Part shown: positions 10,408 to 19,722 of the stretch, one piece after another
How the letters are laid out: every line of letters begins with the position of its first letter
How positions within the stretch are numbered: the first letter of the stretch is position 1
From: Spirochaetia bacterium
GTDB taxonomy: Bacteria > Spirochaetota > Spirochaetia > DSM-2461
DNA: 64,000 bases
Direction: 5' to 3'
Assembly (NCBI GenBank): GCA_963666985.2
Contig: CAXXIA010000001.1
Location: 1,056,001 to 1,120,000, forward strand
Notes under the pieces: model-generated
Databases searched by the model: none
What the model was told of the DNA's origin: nothing
The model's input: only the letters and a program-made list of their open reading frames with translations
Made by a program: the position numbers and the translations under genes

Positions 10408-11568
10408 ATGAGTGAAGGGCAACCGCCGGGAATCCTCGCAGCCGGACACGCTTCCCTCTCGGGTACACCGGTTAAGAAGATTATCCACATCGACATGGAC
10501 GCCTTTTTCGCCGCGGTTGAGCAGAGGAACAATCCTGAACTCCGCGGGAAACCGGTTGTTGTCGGCGGCCCCCCGAACAGCCGAGGCGTTGTGTCCACCT
10601 GCTCCTACGAAGCACGGAAATACGGCATTCATTCGGCCATGCCCAGCGCCGAGGCGTACCGCCGCTGCCCTCACGCAATCTTCGTCGGCCGCGGCGATTT
10701 TGAAGAATACCACCGGGTTTCCGAACAGATTCATGCTATTTTCCGAGAGGTTACCGATATTATCGAACCCCTTTCCCTGGACGAGGCCTATCTGGATGTA
10801 ACGGAAAACAAACTCACCGAAAAGTCCGCTACCCGTCTCGCCGAATACATCCGCTCCCGTATCAAGGAGGATACGAAACTCACCGCTTCGGCCGGGGTCT
10901 CCTACAACAAATCCCTTGCCAAAATCGCCTCGGACTGGAACAAACCCGACGGTCTTACCGTTATCCGTCCCGAAGACGCCGCATCGTTCATTGAAAACCT
11001 TCCGGTGAGAAAATTCTGGGGCGTTGGACCGAAGACGGCCGAACGGATGGAAGAGCTGGGCATCCGCACGGGAGGAGATCTGCGCTCCTGGCCGCTCTGG
11101 AAACTCACCGATACTTTCGGTAAAAGCGGGCCCTGGTATTACGACCTTTGCCGAGGTATCGACGAGCGGGAAGTCGAATCGGTCCGCATCCGCAAATCCC
11201 TGGGGAAAGAACAGACCTTCGGTGAAGATAAAACCGATTTTGCCGATCTTGCCGCTTTTATTGAAGGTCTGTGCGAATCGGTCTGGGCGGAACTCACCGA
11301 ACGGGAACTCCGGGGAAAAACAGTCACGGTTAAAGTCAAATACGCCGATTTCCGGCAGATAACCCGAAGCCGGAGCTTTTTGGCTTCTGTTGATTCGGAA
11401 ACACTCTTTTGCCGCACGGCACGCGAACTTCTGGAAACCACGGAAGCCGGCTCGCGGCCGGTAAGGCTTTTAGGCGTCGCTCTTTCGTCGTTTGCAGGGG
11501 AAAGAAAGGAAGGCGAAGCCCGGCAGTTAACGCTTGAGTTCGGAGAGATTTCCCCAAAAAGGCTTTAA
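10408..11568 (+). CDS. dinB: DNA polymerase IV
   Basis: IIHIDMDAFFAAVEQR, STCSYEARKYGIHSAM, SLDEAYLD, AKIASDWNKPDG; C-terminal clamp-binding-like QLTLEF; start uncertain. Confidence 0.96.
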   Translation: MSEGQPPGILAAGHASLSGTPVKKIIHIDMDAFFAAVEQRNNPELRGKPVVVGGPPNSRGVVSTCSYEARKYGIHSAMPSAEAYRRCPHAIFVGRGDFEEYHRVSEQIHAIFREVTDIIEPLSLDEAYLDVTENKLTEKSATRLAEYIRSRIKEDTKLTASAGVSYNKSLAKIASDWNKPDGLTVIRPEDAASFIENLPVRKFWGVGPKTAERMEELGIRTGGDLRSWPLWKLTDTFGKSGPWYYDLCRGIDEREVESVRIRKSLGKEQTFGEDKTDFADLAAFIEGLCESVWAELTERELRGKTVTVKVKYADFRQITRSRSFLASVDSETLFCRTARELLETTEAGSRPVRLLGVALSSFAGERKEGEARQLTLEFGEISPKRL

Positions 11569-11747
11569 CAGGCTGTTGAAACGCTGCCTGATGAAAACCC
11601 GTAAACAGGGCCGCGGCGAAGTGAAAAGCCTACCCAGCCGCGCGGAGAGTAGGAACTTTTTATTTCTTGCGGGCCCCATCTTGATACCCCTACAATGGCG
11701 AGCTAGAGGTTCCCCTTCCGGGGAAGACACCGAAGGAGCATTCATTC

Positions 11748-12458
11748 GTGAAAGATTACTTATCGGTCGCCAACAGCAATCTTCTCTTTGTCATTGCATC
11801 GATTATCTTTGTTTTCATCATTGCCCAGTCGCTGATCTTTTTCAGGACGGCGTGGAAAGAAGGCAAACGAAGAGGAATCGACAAATCACGCATGCTGAAA
11901 GCGGTCAAATCCAGCGCCGTTCTGTCGATTGTGCCCTCAATTCCGATTGTCATCTCATTAATTGCCATGGCGCCCGTTCTGGGAATACCGTTCCCATGGA
12001 TACGGCTTTCTGTTATCGGATCGGCCTCATACGAACTCATGGCCGCGGGAATGGGCGCGAACATCATGGGCGTGGAAGGGCTCGGCGGAACAGGCTACAC
12101 GGCGGAAGTCTTCTCGAGTTCCGCCTGGATTATGACGCTCGGAACCATAAGCGCGCCGCTGATCATCATCTTCTTTCTCAAACGAATCTCCGGCGGCTAT
12201 AAGAAAATAAAGAATAAAGACTCCGGCTGGATGGAAACGCTCATTATGGCCGCCTATATGGGCCTGATCGCGGTGTTCATCGCTCCGCCCATCACTAAAG
12301 GCGGAATAGGACTCTATACGCTCTTAAGCGGAGCGGTTCTCATGCTTCTCTGTACCTTCATTGAAAAACGTCTGAATGTTCGCTGGCTGAAGGAATTCTC
12401 TCTGTCGCTCAGCATGGTCGGCGCCATGGCTCTCTCCATCCTCTACGCATCGTTCTAA
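11748..12458 (+). CDS. DUF5058-like membrane protein
   Basis: Multi-TM; PFPWIRLSVIGSASYEL motif; AAGGAG RBS. Confidence 0.7.
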   Translation: MKDYLSVANSNLLFVIASIIFVFIIAQSLIFFRTAWKEGKRRGIDKSRMLKAVKSSAVLSIVPSIPIVISLIAMAPVLGIPFPWIRLSVIGSASYELMAAGMGANIMGVEGLGGTGYTAEVFSSSAWIMTLGTISAPLIIIFFLKRISGGYKKIKNKDSGWMETLIMAAYMGLIAVFIAPPITKGGIGLYTLLSGAVLMLLCTFIEKRLNVRWLKEFSLSLSMVGAMALSILYASF

Positions 12459-12473
12459 ATCAAAGGAATAACC

Positions 12474-13133
12474 ATGAAAAACAATTCCGAAATATCATTC
12501 GATTCCCGCATCCATATTCTCGGCCGCTCCACCATGAGCATCGGCTTTCTCCTGCTTCTTTCCATTCCGCTTATCATCAGCCTGGTCTGGAATATCTTTC
12601 CTCCCATCGGTAAAGTCGCTTCCGGAGCTTTGAGTCTGTCTTTGATCATGATCCCGATGGGAATCGCCGAAATCCTTACCTATACTCCGCTGATCGGCAG
12701 CGGCGCGACCTATTTGGGATTCCTGACGGGGAATCTGTCGAACTTGAAAATCCCCGCGGCGGCCATGGCGCTTGAAATCACGGAAACCGATCCCGCCTCG
12801 GACGACGCGGAAATTATTTCCATTATTTCCGTGGCTACCTCGGCAATCGTTTCCGCGGTGATGATCTTCCTCGGCGTTCTGCTGATGGTTCCCCTTTCGC
12901 CCATCTTAAGCAGACCGGAGATACAGCCCGCCTTCGACAATGTTCTTCCGGCTCTCTTCGGCGCGCTCGGCGCCTATTGGATTTTGAAGAGTTGGAAACT
13001 TGCCATAACACCGCTTGTCATCACAATAGCGGTCTTCCTGGTGGCGGATGTTCCAACCTCCGCGATGATTCCGATAAACGCCCTTCTCTCGATAATCGCC
13101 GCAAGGATTCTCTATAAAAAAGGTCTCCTATAG
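12474..13133 (+). CDS. membrane protein, partner of the DUF5058-like gene (putative two-subunit permease)
   Basis: Multi-TM; YLGFLTGNLSNLKIPAA, VLPALFGALG motifs. Confidence 0.7.
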   Translation: MKNNSEISFDSRIHILGRSTMSIGFLLLLSIPLIISLVWNIFPPIGKVASGALSLSLIMIPMGIAEILTYTPLIGSGATYLGFLTGNLSNLKIPAAAMALEITETDPASDDAEIISIISVATSAIVSAVMIFLGVLLMVPLSPILSRPEIQPAFDNVLPALFGALGAYWILKSWKLAITPLVITIAVFLVADVPTSAMIPINALLSIIAARILYKKGLL

Positions 13134-13149
13134 ATTTACAGGAGAATAG

Positions 13150-13292
13150 ATTCCCCCGGGCAAGCCCGGGGTTCTTACTGCAGCAGCGTCAACTGAAGCT
13201 GACCTGGACTCCACCGCACTTCGTGTCGGCGGAATCCAGGATGGCTCAATCATCCACGGCTAAAGCCGTAGTGTTCTTATCTTCGACCGCAT
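13150..13292. mobile_element. non-autonomous IS200/IS605-like palindrome element (PATE/REP-like)
   Basis: Two similar hairpins (CCCCGGG-CAAG-CCCGGGG and ACGGC-TAAA-GCCGT), each followed by GTTCTT, flank a central hairpin; no transposase. Confidence 0.5.
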
Positions 13293-13560
13293 AAAAAAAC
13301 CGCGGATGGTATCGGCCGATTTCCAGTGATTCGCCTTATCCCCGGTTTTCCAAGAACTTCATTTTAGGCCGAATGCCGGGTTGTTCTCTTCTTTAGCGGG
13401 CTGTTAGAGGCAGCTTATTCGACTTTCAGCTTAAGCGGCCTTAGATACTCGGTTTTTTCGGCTTTGCGCGACCGCTTCGACGAATCCAACGGGGCCGGAA
13501 CCGCTACAATACCGGCTGTAAGCAAGCTCAAAACTCGTCATTCGGCCGTTTTAATTTCGT

Positions 13561-14538
13561 TCAGGTTCTCCCCGCTTCAACATCCCGGAACACCCGAATA
13601 AAATTCAATCCCGTAATTTTCCGAATCTCCTCTTCGGAGAAACCGCTTTCCGAGAGAAACTTCTCCAAAAGGCCGCTTTGAGAGACATTCGCGAATCCCT
13701 TCATGTAGCCGGGAACACCGTTGAAATCCGTTCCTATGGCAAGGGCGTCAATTCCGGCCTTATCCCGGATATAGAGAGCCGCTTTTTTAAAGGACTCCGA
13801 ATCCGCCATGCCCAAACCCTTATTAAAAAAAGGCCATAATCCGATGATTCCGCCCGAGTCGGCGATTCGCCTTATCGATTCATCGGATATGTACCTCGGG
13901 AAGTTCTGAAGACCCAAAGGACCCGTATGTGAACAGATAATCGGCGCTTTCGCCACTTTCGCGGATTCGATAAGGGTTTTATCGTCGGCATGGGCCAAAT
14001 CAAGAATCAGGCCGAGCCGATTCGCCTCGACAATGATTTCACGTCCGAAATCGGTTAATCCGCCGCGCTCGGACTCTGGAATCAGCCGGCCTTTCCAGCC
14101 GAATTCAATGGAACCGAAACTGTTCGCCGAATAATGGACCGGGACAAGAAGTCTTACGCCCAGCGCGTAAATCTCTTTTAAGATTTCAATCTTTCGGCCG
14201 ATGAAATCCCCGCCTTCAATTCCGATAAGAAAGGCGCACTCCCCGCTCTTTCGGGCCGTCTCGAGCTCGGCTGATGAAAGAATCGGCCGATGATTCGAAT
14301 TCTCAATTTTTTGACGAATACGCTCTATCTGGCGTTTTGTCAGCAGAAAAAGATCTCCGGGATTCTTTTTAAACGACCCCGCATCTCCTATGGCGCAGAG
14401 AACTCCGCCTATTCCCCGTTTCGCGAGTTTTGCGATTCCGACATCCTTCGGCATCCGAAAGAACGACGCAATTTTCCATCCCGACGGAATGGTTCCTTCG
14501 GGATGACCGTGAACATCGAAATAAAAGTTACCATTCAT
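13561..14538 (-). CDS. membrane dipeptidase (M19, renal dipeptidase-like amidohydrolase)
   Basis: DVHGH, LIGIEGG, GLTDFGREII, LDLAH, ICSHT, IGTDFNG. Confidence 0.88.
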   Translation of the reverse strand: MNGNFYFDVHGHPEGTIPSGWKIASFFRMPKDVGIAKLAKRGIGGVLCAIGDAGSFKKNPGDLFLLTKRQIERIRQKIENSNHRPILSSAELETARKSGECAFLIGIEGGDFIGRKIEILKEIYALGVRLLVPVHYSANSFGSIEFGWKGRLIPESERGGLTDFGREIIVEANRLGLILDLAHADDKTLIESAKVAKAPIICSHTGPLGLQNFPRYISDESIRRIADSGGIIGLWPFFNKGLGMADSESFKKAALYIRDKAGIDALAIGTDFNGVPGYMKGFANVSQSGLLEKFLSESGFSEEEIRKITGLNFIRVFRDVEAGRT

Positions 14539-14541
14539 AAA

Positions 14542-15033
14542 TCACCCGATGTCGGCCGGAGTCTTTTCCCGGCGAATCTCGATAATCATTTCAATTTCAA
14601 CAGGAATATTCAGCGGCAGCCCGGCCACTCCAACCGCCGAGCGCGCATGCCGTCCCTTCTCTTCACCGAAGATTTTCAAAAGAAGATTGGAGGCGGCATC
14701 CAGGACTTTCGGATGATCATAAAAACCATCGGCGGAATTCACAAAACCGATGATTTTCACGATTTGAGCGACTTCATCAAGATTGCCCAAAATCTTCTCG
14801 GCGGTACTCAGCAGCGCCAAGACCGCACCGCGCGCGCAATCCCCGGCCTCTTCCACCGTCACATCTTTTCCAACCTTGCCGTAAACGGGAAGATTTCGGG
14901 GGTCAGCCCCGCCGCTTCCGGAAAGATAGAGATAATCACCCGTTATCAGAGCCGGAGCGTAGAGTCCGATGGATTTGGGAGGAGTGGGAAGACTCAAACC
15001 CAAATCGCTTATTCTCTTTGAAATATCGTTCAT
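14542..15033 (-). CDS. RidA/YjgF/UK114 family protein
   Basis: LYLSG, GKVG, GFVNS, HARSAVG, LPLNIPVEIE. Confidence 0.9.
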   Translation of the reverse strand: MNDISKRISDLGLSLPTPPKSIGLYAPALITGDYLYLSGSGGADPRNLPVYGKVGKDVTVEEAGDCARGAVLALLSTAEKILGNLDEVAQIVKIIGFVNSADGFYDHPKVLDAASNLLLKIFGEEKGRHARSAVGVAGLPLNIPVEIEMIIEIRREKTPADIG

Positions 15034-15158
15034 GATTTGAATAGTACCATTTCAAAGAAGAAATGAGGAACATTCTCCTCTGTCACTTTTTTCGGCACTT
15101 CATTGTAAGGATTCCGCATGGCGTTAATTTTCTTCCATGATTTCTCTTTCCCGTCCGC

Positions 15159-15187
15159 TTGACAGGCTTTTCCGGAGAAGGCATAAT
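15159..15187 (+). promoter_or_regulatory. sigma70 promoter of the regulator/ABC/sulfatase operon
   Basis: TTGACA-17 bp-CATAAT. Confidence 0.65.
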
Positions 15188-15224
15188 AGGGAATGTATTC
15201 ATTCCTTTTCATCCCAGAGGTATC

Positions 15225-16640
15225 GTGACTCAATTCGAAAAAGCGAAAGCGGCACTGGAATCCTATATCGGCGAATCACGCAATGCCGGCATCAATATTC
15301 TGCCGCCGGAAGACGAACTGGCCACGATTGCCGGTGTGGGAAGAAATACACTCCGGCGCGTTATATCCGTTCTTCAAGACGACGGAATCGTCCGGCGCAT
15401 CCAGGGAAAAGGAACCTTCATCGAAGAGGCTCCCGTTACGATATCGTTTTACAATTGGCTTGTTTATCAAAACGCCGATACGAATCCCCGTCTTCTCATG
15501 GATCGCTGGTTCCGTGAATTTCAAAGTGAATCGGGAGTAAACGTCGACAATGTTGCCGTGAATTATTCTCTGTATTCGCACGCGCTGCACGACGCGCTGC
15601 TCGACGCCGTGCAGCCGGATCTTGTACTCATCACGCCGTTTTGGTTCCACAGTTTTCAGCGGATGAAATTGTTCCGGAATCTGGACGATTATCTGGGACG
15701 TCCCGTTTTCGCCGATGTTTATAATCCCGCGCTTGAAATGATGAAAAACCGCGATCGGATTTACGGCGTTCCCTGGGTTCTGGCCCCTTTGGCGCTCTAT
15801 TACAACAAAAATGTTTTGGCTCAGGCCGGTCTAAATCCGGAAAAAGCGCCGCAAACGCTCGACGAACTGGCCTCCATGTGCCGAAAGGTCGAAGAAAACG
15901 GTCAGGCATCGGGGATTTGTTTCTCCTTAACCCAATATGCGTTCAATTTCTTCCAAATCTACCCGATTCTTCTATCCTTCGGAGGCGGTTTTTCCGACCC
16001 CCTGGGAAATCTTACTATCGATTCCGAGGCCAATTTGAAGGCTCTGCATTGGCTTCAGAATCTTTACAAAAACAGCCGCCGGCCGGTTGTTACCGATTTG
16101 GATACGGGACGAAAACTCTTCGCCAACGATAAGCTAGCCTTTTTAATCGACGGACCGTATGCCCGGGGGAATTTTCACTATTTCAACAACCGAGGCCGAA
16201 GCCTTCGGGAATCTTACGGCGTTGCGAAAATACCCGTCGGGGAAACCGGCCGTTCGGAAAGCATTCTGCTCTCCCATAATCTTGCCATTCCGCGGAACGC
16301 GCCCCATCCCGATGAAGCCTTCCGTCTTATCGAATATCTTCTTTCGAACGAAACCCGCCTTCGGGAATATCATGAAATCGACGGCGTTCCGCCCGCCGTT
16401 TCCAATATTCTCTACAGCGAATATTACGCGCGGGATCCCTTTACATCGGTCTTTATCGAACAGCTGGAAACGGCTTCGACCGCGCCGTTCAAGCATCCTC
16501 TTTTCGTACGGTCCCTGCCCTTCCTTACCAATATTTTCCATCGAATCATCATGGACGGGAACGACGCCGCGGCCGGTCTGGCCAAGCTCAGGGAAATTAT
16601 TGAAATCATCGGTTTGGATAGTTCAGAGACATATCTCTGA
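15225..16640 (+). CDS. GntR-type HTH regulator fused to a sugar solute-binding domain
   Basis: LPPEDELATIAGVGRNTLRRVISVLQDDGIVRRIQGKGTF, then an SBP fold (YGVPW, LYYNK, AFLIDGPY); no signal peptide; GTG 15225 after AGAGG. Confidence 0.85.
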   Translation: MTQFEKAKAALESYIGESRNAGINILPPEDELATIAGVGRNTLRRVISVLQDDGIVRRIQGKGTFIEEAPVTISFYNWLVYQNADTNPRLLMDRWFREFQSESGVNVDNVAVNYSLYSHALHDALLDAVQPDLVLITPFWFHSFQRMKLFRNLDDYLGRPVFADVYNPALEMMKNRDRIYGVPWVLAPLALYYNKNVLAQAGLNPEKAPQTLDELASMCRKVEENGQASGICFSLTQYAFNFFQIYPILLSFGGGFSDPLGNLTIDSEANLKALHWLQNLYKNSRRPVVTDLDTGRKLFANDKLAFLIDGPYARGNFHYFNNRGRSLRESYGVAKIPVGETGRSESILLSHNLAIPRNAPHPDEAFRLIEYLLSNETRLREYHEIDGVPPAVSNILYSEYYARDPFTSVFIEQLETASTAPFKHPLFVRSLPFLTNIFHRIIMDGNDAAAGLAKLREIIEIIGLDSSETYL

Positions 16641-16662
16641 TTAATTTTAAAGGAGGTTTCCT

Positions 16663-17946
16663 ATGAAAAGGGCCATCATGACAGCGGGACTCTTAGCCGC
16701 CATGTGTTGGATCGCATTCGCTTCGGGAGGCGCGGATGCGGCGGGTAAGGCCGAGGAAGGCGGTGCCGGTGATTTCGTAGTCTATTGGAATACAAACCAT
16801 AACTACGATACATACCAGAGAATCATTAATGATTTCGTCGCGGAAAAAGGACTAGATCTGGATTTTCAGGTTTATCTCTGGCCGGACATGAGGAAAAAGC
16901 TGCTCATTAATTTCTCCGCGGGAGAACCGGTCGATCTCATTGAGGTTCCGGGGAACTGGATCGCGGAATTCGGCGCCAACGGACAGGTACGGGATATAAC
17001 GGCGAAAATCAACGGCTGGCCGGAAAAAAGTGATTTTCTCGAAGGAACATGGGCCGAAACCAGCGTCGGCGATTCAATTTACGGCGTGAAGATTCACCAC
17101 ACGGCCATGGCTCTCTTTTACAATAAAGAACTCATGGAAGGCGCCGACTTGAATCCCGAGTCTCCACCCGCGACTTTCGGCGAGTTCAAAAACGCTCTGG
17201 TGAAGATAAAAGAAACCTATGGTGATTCGGTCGCCGGATTCATCTTCGATTCCGACGCCGGTTACTTCGCCAATTTCCTTCAGTCGGGAAAAAATCCCTA
17301 TCTGATCAGGGACAATAAAATCGCCATAAACAATCCGGAGGCTGCGGCCACCATGACGTTCCTCAGGGATATTATTTCGGAAGATCTCGTCCAGATCCCC
17401 GAACCGGGTGCGAATTATCAGGCTTCCCGCCGGCTTTTCCTCGAAGGCAAGGTCGCCATGATGATCTCCGGTCCCTGGGATATCGCCAATTTGGCCAACA
17501 ACGCTCCGGATATCGACTATGGTATCGCATTGATTCCCTCCTTGGAAGGCACCGAGCCGCGAGGCGGCGTTGCCGGAACGGGATTGACCATTTCCATCGA
17601 CTCGCACAAAGAAGATCTCAGTTGGGAATTGATTCAAAGGCTCACATCCCTGGAAGCGGAAGTCGCGGCGACTCAGGAAACGGGCATGCTCATGCCGCGC
17701 AAAAGCTGGGCAACCGATCCCCGGATTCAGAATGTCCGCGGAGTTCAGGAATTCAAGCCGGTTCTCGCGGCGGCCGTTCCGTTCGACATCGACGCGGCCG
17801 TTATGGGACTGACGGAACTCAGGGGCGACGGAGATCTCTTCGTTAAGCTCTATCAGCAGCTTCTCTACACCGACATTCCCGCCGGAAAAATCCTGGAAGA
17901 CTTTGAAACCGCCGGAAATGCGGCGATTAAGAAAAAACTCAGATGA
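16663..17946 (+). CDS. sugar ABC transporter substrate-binding protein
   Basis: Signal peptide ...IAFASGG; ALFYNK, FLEGKVAMMISGPW. Confidence 0.9.
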   Translation: MKRAIMTAGLLAAMCWIAFASGGADAAGKAEEGGAGDFVVYWNTNHNYDTYQRIINDFVAEKGLDLDFQVYLWPDMRKKLLINFSAGEPVDLIEVPGNWIAEFGANGQVRDITAKINGWPEKSDFLEGTWAETSVGDSIYGVKIHHTAMALFYNKELMEGADLNPESPPATFGEFKNALVKIKETYGDSVAGFIFDSDAGYFANFLQSGKNPYLIRDNKIAINNPEAAATMTFLRDIISEDLVQIPEPGANYQASRRLFLEGKVAMMISGPWDIANLANNAPDIDYGIALIPSLEGTEPRGGVAGTGLTISIDSHKEDLSWELIQRLTSLEAEVAATQETGMLMPRKSWATDPRIQNVRGVQEFKPVLAAAVPFDIDAAVMGLTELRGDGDLFVKLYQQLLYTDIPAGKILEDFETAGNAAIKKKLR

Positions 17947-17950
17947 TTTT

Positions 17951-17980
17951 AAAAGCCGGGGGAATTCTTCCCTCGGCTTC
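17951..17980 (+). terminator. intercistronic stem-loop after the SBP gene
   Basis: AAGCCGGGGG-AATTCTT-CCCTCGGCTT. Confidence 0.5.
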
Positions 17981-17995
17981 TTAGAGAACGTAAAC

Positions 17996-18877
17996 ATGAG
18001 AAATACAACACGACGTTATATCAACGGATACATCCTGCTTATCCCGACTTTGATACTCATCGTAACATTTTACCTGCTGCCGTTTATCATTGCGCTGATT
18101 AACAGCCTTCACACCGGCATGCCGGGGCATTATGAATTGAACGGATTGTGGAATTACGCCGATGTGTTCACCTCGTCCCGTTTTTGGAACTCCCTGTGGG
18201 TTACGACGCGATTTACCGCCGTGTCTTCAATCATTCTCTTCTTTCTGGGATTCATACTCGCCGAAACTCTCGTCAGAAGGAAAATCTATTTTAAGACTTT
18301 CAGCAGCGCGTCCATACTTCTGCCGTACATCATCACACCGGCCGTCGCCATTCTGATATGGCAGTACATGTTCCATACGGATGCCGGCATTCTGAACCAC
18401 TTGCTTGGTTTGATCGGGATGGAGCCGATAGGATGGCTCCGGCGGCCCGATTCCGCGATGCGCAGTCTCATCGCCGTACAATGCTGGTTCACTCTGGGAT
18501 ACATCATCGTGCTTTTTGCATCGGGACTGCAGGCCATTCCCGCAAGTTATTACGAAGCGGCCGCGATGGACGGCGCCGGATATTGGCGCTGCAGCAGAAG
18601 CATCTCCGTTCCGCTGGTTCTGCCGACCGTGGTTTTCGTTTTGATTATGCTGCTTCTGGCCGGATACGTGAACTCATTCACTCTGGCTTCCCTGTTAACC
18701 GGCGGAGGGCCGATCGGAAGCACGGAAGTCTATATGCTCTACCTCTACAGCATCGCTTTCGGGAATTTCGATATCCCCCTTTCCAACGCCCTGACGATGA
18801 TCCTTTTTGTGCTGATGTTCCTTTTTTCCATCGGCGTGAGATCACTTCAAAAACGACTTTTTTCCAATCTGTATTAG
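17996..18877 (+). CDS. carbohydrate ABC transporter permease (MalF/UgpA-like)
   Basis: EAA loop LQAIPASYYEAAAMDGA; multiple TMs. Confidence 0.92.
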   Translation: MRNTTRRYINGYILLIPTLILIVTFYLLPFIIALINSLHTGMPGHYELNGLWNYADVFTSSRFWNSLWVTTRFTAVSSIILFFLGFILAETLVRRKIYFKTFSSASILLPYIITPAVAILIWQYMFHTDAGILNHLLGLIGMEPIGWLRRPDSAMRSLIAVQCWFTLGYIIVLFASGLQAIPASYYEAAAMDGAGYWRCSRSISVPLVLPTVVFVLIMLLLAGYVNSFTLASLLTGGGPIGSTEVYMLYLYSIAFGNFDIPLSNALTMILFVLMFLFSIGVRSLQKRLFSNLY

Positions 18878-18887
18878 GACGGCATCC

Positions 18888-19709
18888 ATGAAGAATAATC
18901 ATTCCGTCAACATTCTCCTAACCGTACTTTTTGTGTTTTTGGCACTTGCCGCTCTATTTCCCGTGATCTACATTCTCTCCCTGTCGCTTCAGACCGAACA
19001 GGAGGCGATTCGCTTTCCTCCGGCTCTTATTCCCGAATCGCTCTATCTGGGGAATTTCTCGGCCGTTTTGGATTTAATTCCCATAGGCCGGCTGTTTATC
19101 AATTCACTTATTTTTTCCCTCTCTTCGACGCTTCTGGTAATATTCACCTCTCTTACAGGTGCCTATGCCGTCGTCAAGATTCAACCGCCCGGACATCGTT
19201 TTTTCTCCATTCTCTTTCTTTCCATCGTTTTGATTCCGCCGGCGGTTCGAACCATTCCTTTGTACACAATGCTCTCTACAATGAAACTGACCGATACTTG
19301 GGCCGGTTTAACTCTTCCGGTTGCCGCCACGGGATTCGGATTGTTCTTCATTCAGCAGTACTTATTAACGATTCCCGACAGCATGCTGGAAGCCGCGCGA
19401 ATCGAAGGCGCCGGAGAAATCAGAATCCTGGCCTCCATTGTTACGCCTATGGCGGCTCCGGCCGTTTCGACTCTCTTTCTCTTTAATTTTCTCTTCCGGT
19501 GGAACGAATATCTCTGGCCGCTGGTCATTACCAGAAAAAAATGGACGACGCTGCCCGTCGGCGTCTCGATTTTCAAAACATCGGAGAATCTCGTTCCATG
19601 GAATCTCATAGCCGCGGTCTCGATAATCACTCTCGTGCCTGTTCTCCTGATTTATATCCTTTTCAGGCGCCGCATCGTTGAAGGCCTGGCAATTCAAGCA
19701 AGCAAATAA
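18888..19709 (+). CDS. carbohydrate ABC transporter permease (MalG/UgpE-like)
   Basis: IPDSMLEAARIEGA, WNEYLWP, TLPVG. Confidence 0.92.
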   Translation: MKNNHSVNILLTVLFVFLALAALFPVIYILSLSLQTEQEAIRFPPALIPESLYLGNFSAVLDLIPIGRLFINSLIFSLSSTLLVIFTSLTGAYAVVKIQPPGHRFFSILFLSIVLIPPAVRTIPLYTMLSTMKLTDTWAGLTLPVAATGFGLFFIQQYLLTIPDSMLEAARIEGAGEIRILASIVTPMAAPAVSTLFLFNFLFRWNEYLWPLVITRKKWTTLPVGVSIFKTSENLVPWNLIAAVSIITLVPVLLIYILFRRRIVEGLAIQASK

Positions 19710-19722
19710 ACGGGGATTGAAT

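Noticed and set aside
10311..10598. N-terminal extension of the 1189-aa hrpA ORF
   Set aside because: It overlaps dinB and its promoter on the opposite strand; ATG 10310 is the more plausible start.
11570..11745. Riboswitch upstream of the DUF5058-like gene
   Set aside because: I could not match any known aptamer motif by eye; an Rfam scan would be needed.
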